Below are positions 62,067-64,000 of a DNA stretch of 64,000 nt, piece after piece. The notes below the pieces were generated by a model. It searched no databases and had not been told where the DNA came from. It saw nothing but the letters and a program-made list of their open reading frames with translations. Source of the stretch: a virus; the IMG/VR virus record IMGVR_UViG_3300037504_001427, positions 23,640 to 87,639 of that record, one strand, 5' to 3'. Every line of letters begins with the position of its first letter. Positions within the stretch are counted from its first letter, which is position 1. Made by a program: the position numbers and the translations under genes.

Positions 62067-62384
62067 CTATTCTCTCTCGTCTTCGGCAACGCGATAGAGG
62101 AGACTGAATTTGCCGAGCACGATGCGATCATTGTGCTTCAATTGCTTCTCAAACACCCGCTCACCATTCACGAAGGTGCCGCTGCTCGGGACTTGGTCGA
62201 CGATCTTCCAACCATCTCCGTCCTGCACAAAGATGGCGTGGAGTCGACTGACACCAAGATCGTTGATCAAGATGTCAGCCCACAACGAGCGACCGACAGT
62301 ATGCTCCGGCTTGTCGAGGGTGTAGTCGCCTTGCGGATCATTGCCGAGCATGAGGGTGACCTTGGCCATGTTTATTCCTTTCAT
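62067..62384 (-). CDS. FHA domain protein
   Basis: VGR, VSRLHA, SGTFVNG and L..NDRI.LG motifs. Confidence 0.88.
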   Translation of the reverse strand: MKGINMAKVTLMLGNDPQGDYTLDKPEHTVGRSLWADILINDLGVSRLHAIFVQDGDGWKIVDQVPSSGTFVNGERVFEKQLKHNDRIVLGKFSLLYRVAEDERE

Positions 62385-62402
62385 TAGCCCTTCCCTGCGA
62401 TA

Positions 62403-62828
62403 TCACCAAGGGGTTCGGCGGCGCACTACCCATTCCGGTCGCAGTCGATTTGTCCAGCGGGGTGTTCCCCGCATGTTGTCCAGACGATCCAGGATACGCT
62501 CCTGAAGGATGTACCTAGCACGTGTCGCTTCGGATGTCTGCCAACACATCCAGCCGAGTGCAAAAATCATGTCATCACCCGGCATCGACAATTCGATATT
62601 GGTCGCAAATCCACGACGGGTCATCTCTTCCACCAGTTGTTGGTGACGTGTCCACAGACTCTGCTGGTGCTGAGCGCACCAGACAACGTGGCCGGTGCCA
62701 AGGCAGAAATGCTTGGGCGGTCGGGCTTTGTACCGTTTGCCGTAAGCTCTTGGCAGTTCTTTATACTCTGCGATCAAATGCTGATCGCAAAGCTCCCATG
62801 GTTTAATTCCTACATTTATGCGGGTCAT
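62403..62828 (-). CDS. denV: pyrimidine-dimer DNA glycosylase (T4 endonuclease V family)
   Basis: MTRINV, L.DQHLIAEYKELPR, F.LGTGHV and EMTRRG motifs. Confidence 0.88.
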   Translation of the reverse strand: MTRINVGIKPWELCDQHLIAEYKELPRAYGKRYKARPPKHFCLGTGHVVWCAQHQQSLWTRHQQLVEEMTRRGFATNIELSMPGDDMIFALGWMCWQTSEATRARYILQERILDRLDNMRGTPRWTNRLRPEWVVRRRTPW

Positions 62829-63136
62829 TATAGCTCCTTCCCTGAAAAGATTATTGTTGCTAAGTACGCATTGAAAGTTCTGACTTCCGCGCGACGTTGT
62901 TCAATTTCCTGATGGTTTGGTTGTTCAATTTCCCAGCCCTCAGGATGACAGACATTATATTCCCCATTATGCGGCAGCAACACGCGCAACATCTGTAAAT
63001 GATACCGTATTCGCTTACGGTCATTCTGCTTTTTCTTCTCCTGACGGTTTTTAAACTGCGCCTTCTTGCGCAGTCTGCCCAACTCGCGCAAGTGAAATAA
63101 AACACGCGCGGCATCGCAAGGCTTTATTTTTCTCAT
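62828..63136 (-). CDS. hypothetical basic protein
   Basis: Coupled at both ends. Confidence 0.5.
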   Translation of the reverse strand: MRKIKPCDAARVLFHLRELGRLRKKAQFKNRQEKKKQNDRKRIRYHLQMLRVLLPHNGEYNVCHPEGWEIEQPNHQEIEQRRAEVRTFNAYLATIIFSGKEL

Positions 63137-63828
63137 GGAAGATACCCTCCAGCAAACCCGCGCGCCGGGTCGGGCAGCTCCGGTATTGGCTCGTCGCGCC
63201 GCATGTCCGCGACGGTAATGGAGGACGACGGTCCGTCGCTAGTCTCTACTCGCCACGTCGTGGCTGCGTCATAGTCGAAGATGTCGATGTTGGTGGGGAA
63301 CGACAGCCGTTGTGCGACCCCCTTAGAGCGATCCAGGTAGGCCTGCGGGACCTTTCGGTCCTCCTCCAGGTCCCTGACCCTGTCGCCTAGACGCCACAGT
63401 TCGGCGCCAGCAGAGTTGGCGCGGGCGCCCGCCCAGTACGGGTCGCTCTTCCATTTGCTGGTGGCTAAGATGTTCGTGCCTTCTTTGATCAAGTCAGCCC
63501 AGCCGTCGCGGATGGCGTTGCGGGTCTCGATGATCAGGTTGTCGATGCGATGGCGCTGAACGAAGGCAATCAGGACCAGCAAGCCGAGGCTTGTCGGCGT
63601 CGACGGTCCGATCGGCAGCCAGTGGTCGAGATGCGCCAGCTTGCCGCCGGCCTTGCTCTCCATCTCATCCGGCCGAGGCTGTCGCCAGGGGCCGATGTAG
63701 AGTTCGAATCGCCCGGCGCTGGTAATCAGGTGGCCGTTGAGGCCCTCGGCCAACACGAACCACCGTTTGTTGGCGGCGGGTAGGATGATCCAGCGGCCGA
63801 CTTCTGGCATTTCTGTCGCTCCCGTCAT
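63133..63828 (-). CDS. hypothetical protein
   Basis: AGGAGG SD before ATG 63828. Confidence 0.6.
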   Translation of the reverse strand: MTGATEMPEVGRWIILPAANKRWFVLAEGLNGHLITSAGRFELYIGPWRQPRPDEMESKAGGKLAHLDHWLPIGPSTPTSLGLLVLIAFVQRHRIDNLIIETRNAIRDGWADLIKEGTNILATSKWKSDPYWAGARANSAGAELWRLGDRVRDLEEDRKVPQAYLDRSKGVAQRLSFPTNIDIFDYDAATTWRVETSDGPSSSITVADMRRDEPIPELPDPARGFAGGYLP

Positions 63829-64000
63829 GAGTGTGGCCCTCCTGTCGATACGCCCAGGCGCATCAGCTCGTCGGGATCGACACCGGGGCACTCGCCTCGG
63901 TATGCCGCACCCAGGCAGTGATCGGCTGCGGCGATCATGAGGATGGAGCAGAACTCGTCAGGCGGGATCTCCAATGACTGATACACGCCCTCTTTACTGG

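Overview
GC-rich segment of a large bacterial virus or virus-like element. The + strand replication module (15.5-31.3 kb) has a primase/SF3 helicase, PD-(D/E)XK nuclease, SSB-like protein, family A DNA polymerase, SNF2 helicase and GP88-like protein. The - strand module at 31.2-49.1 kb looks like virion, lysis and glycosylation genes, but I recognise no terminase, portal, HK97 capsid or tape measure in it. There are three tRNAs. The dominant unexplained structure is about 45 (manual count) minus-strand copies of a ~35-bp junction, GGCACAGTGGAGGGGCG-ATGA-GATATCCAGTAGG, which combines a Shine-Dalgarno with an overlapping stop/start. It chains dozens of small MxYPVG-(Gly-X)n-GTVEGR ORFs into arrays at 2.4-14.9 kb and 49.2-57.1 kb. 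Cargo genes sit at these junctions: queC, folE2, a DUF6884/YaaA-like-DpdA fusion, a PAPS-reductase-family gene, a DarG-like macrodomain, C5 methyltransferases (one apparently split over overlapping frames), a metallopeptidase, an HTH protein and an initiator-like tRNA. The arrays show recent duplication and long-range exchange. One inverted copy of the junction lies in a structured RNA-like element at 53.0 kb. My inference is an integrase-free, translationally coupled cassette platform for DNA-modification and anti-defence genes. All protein calls are from motifs read by eye; no database searches were run.
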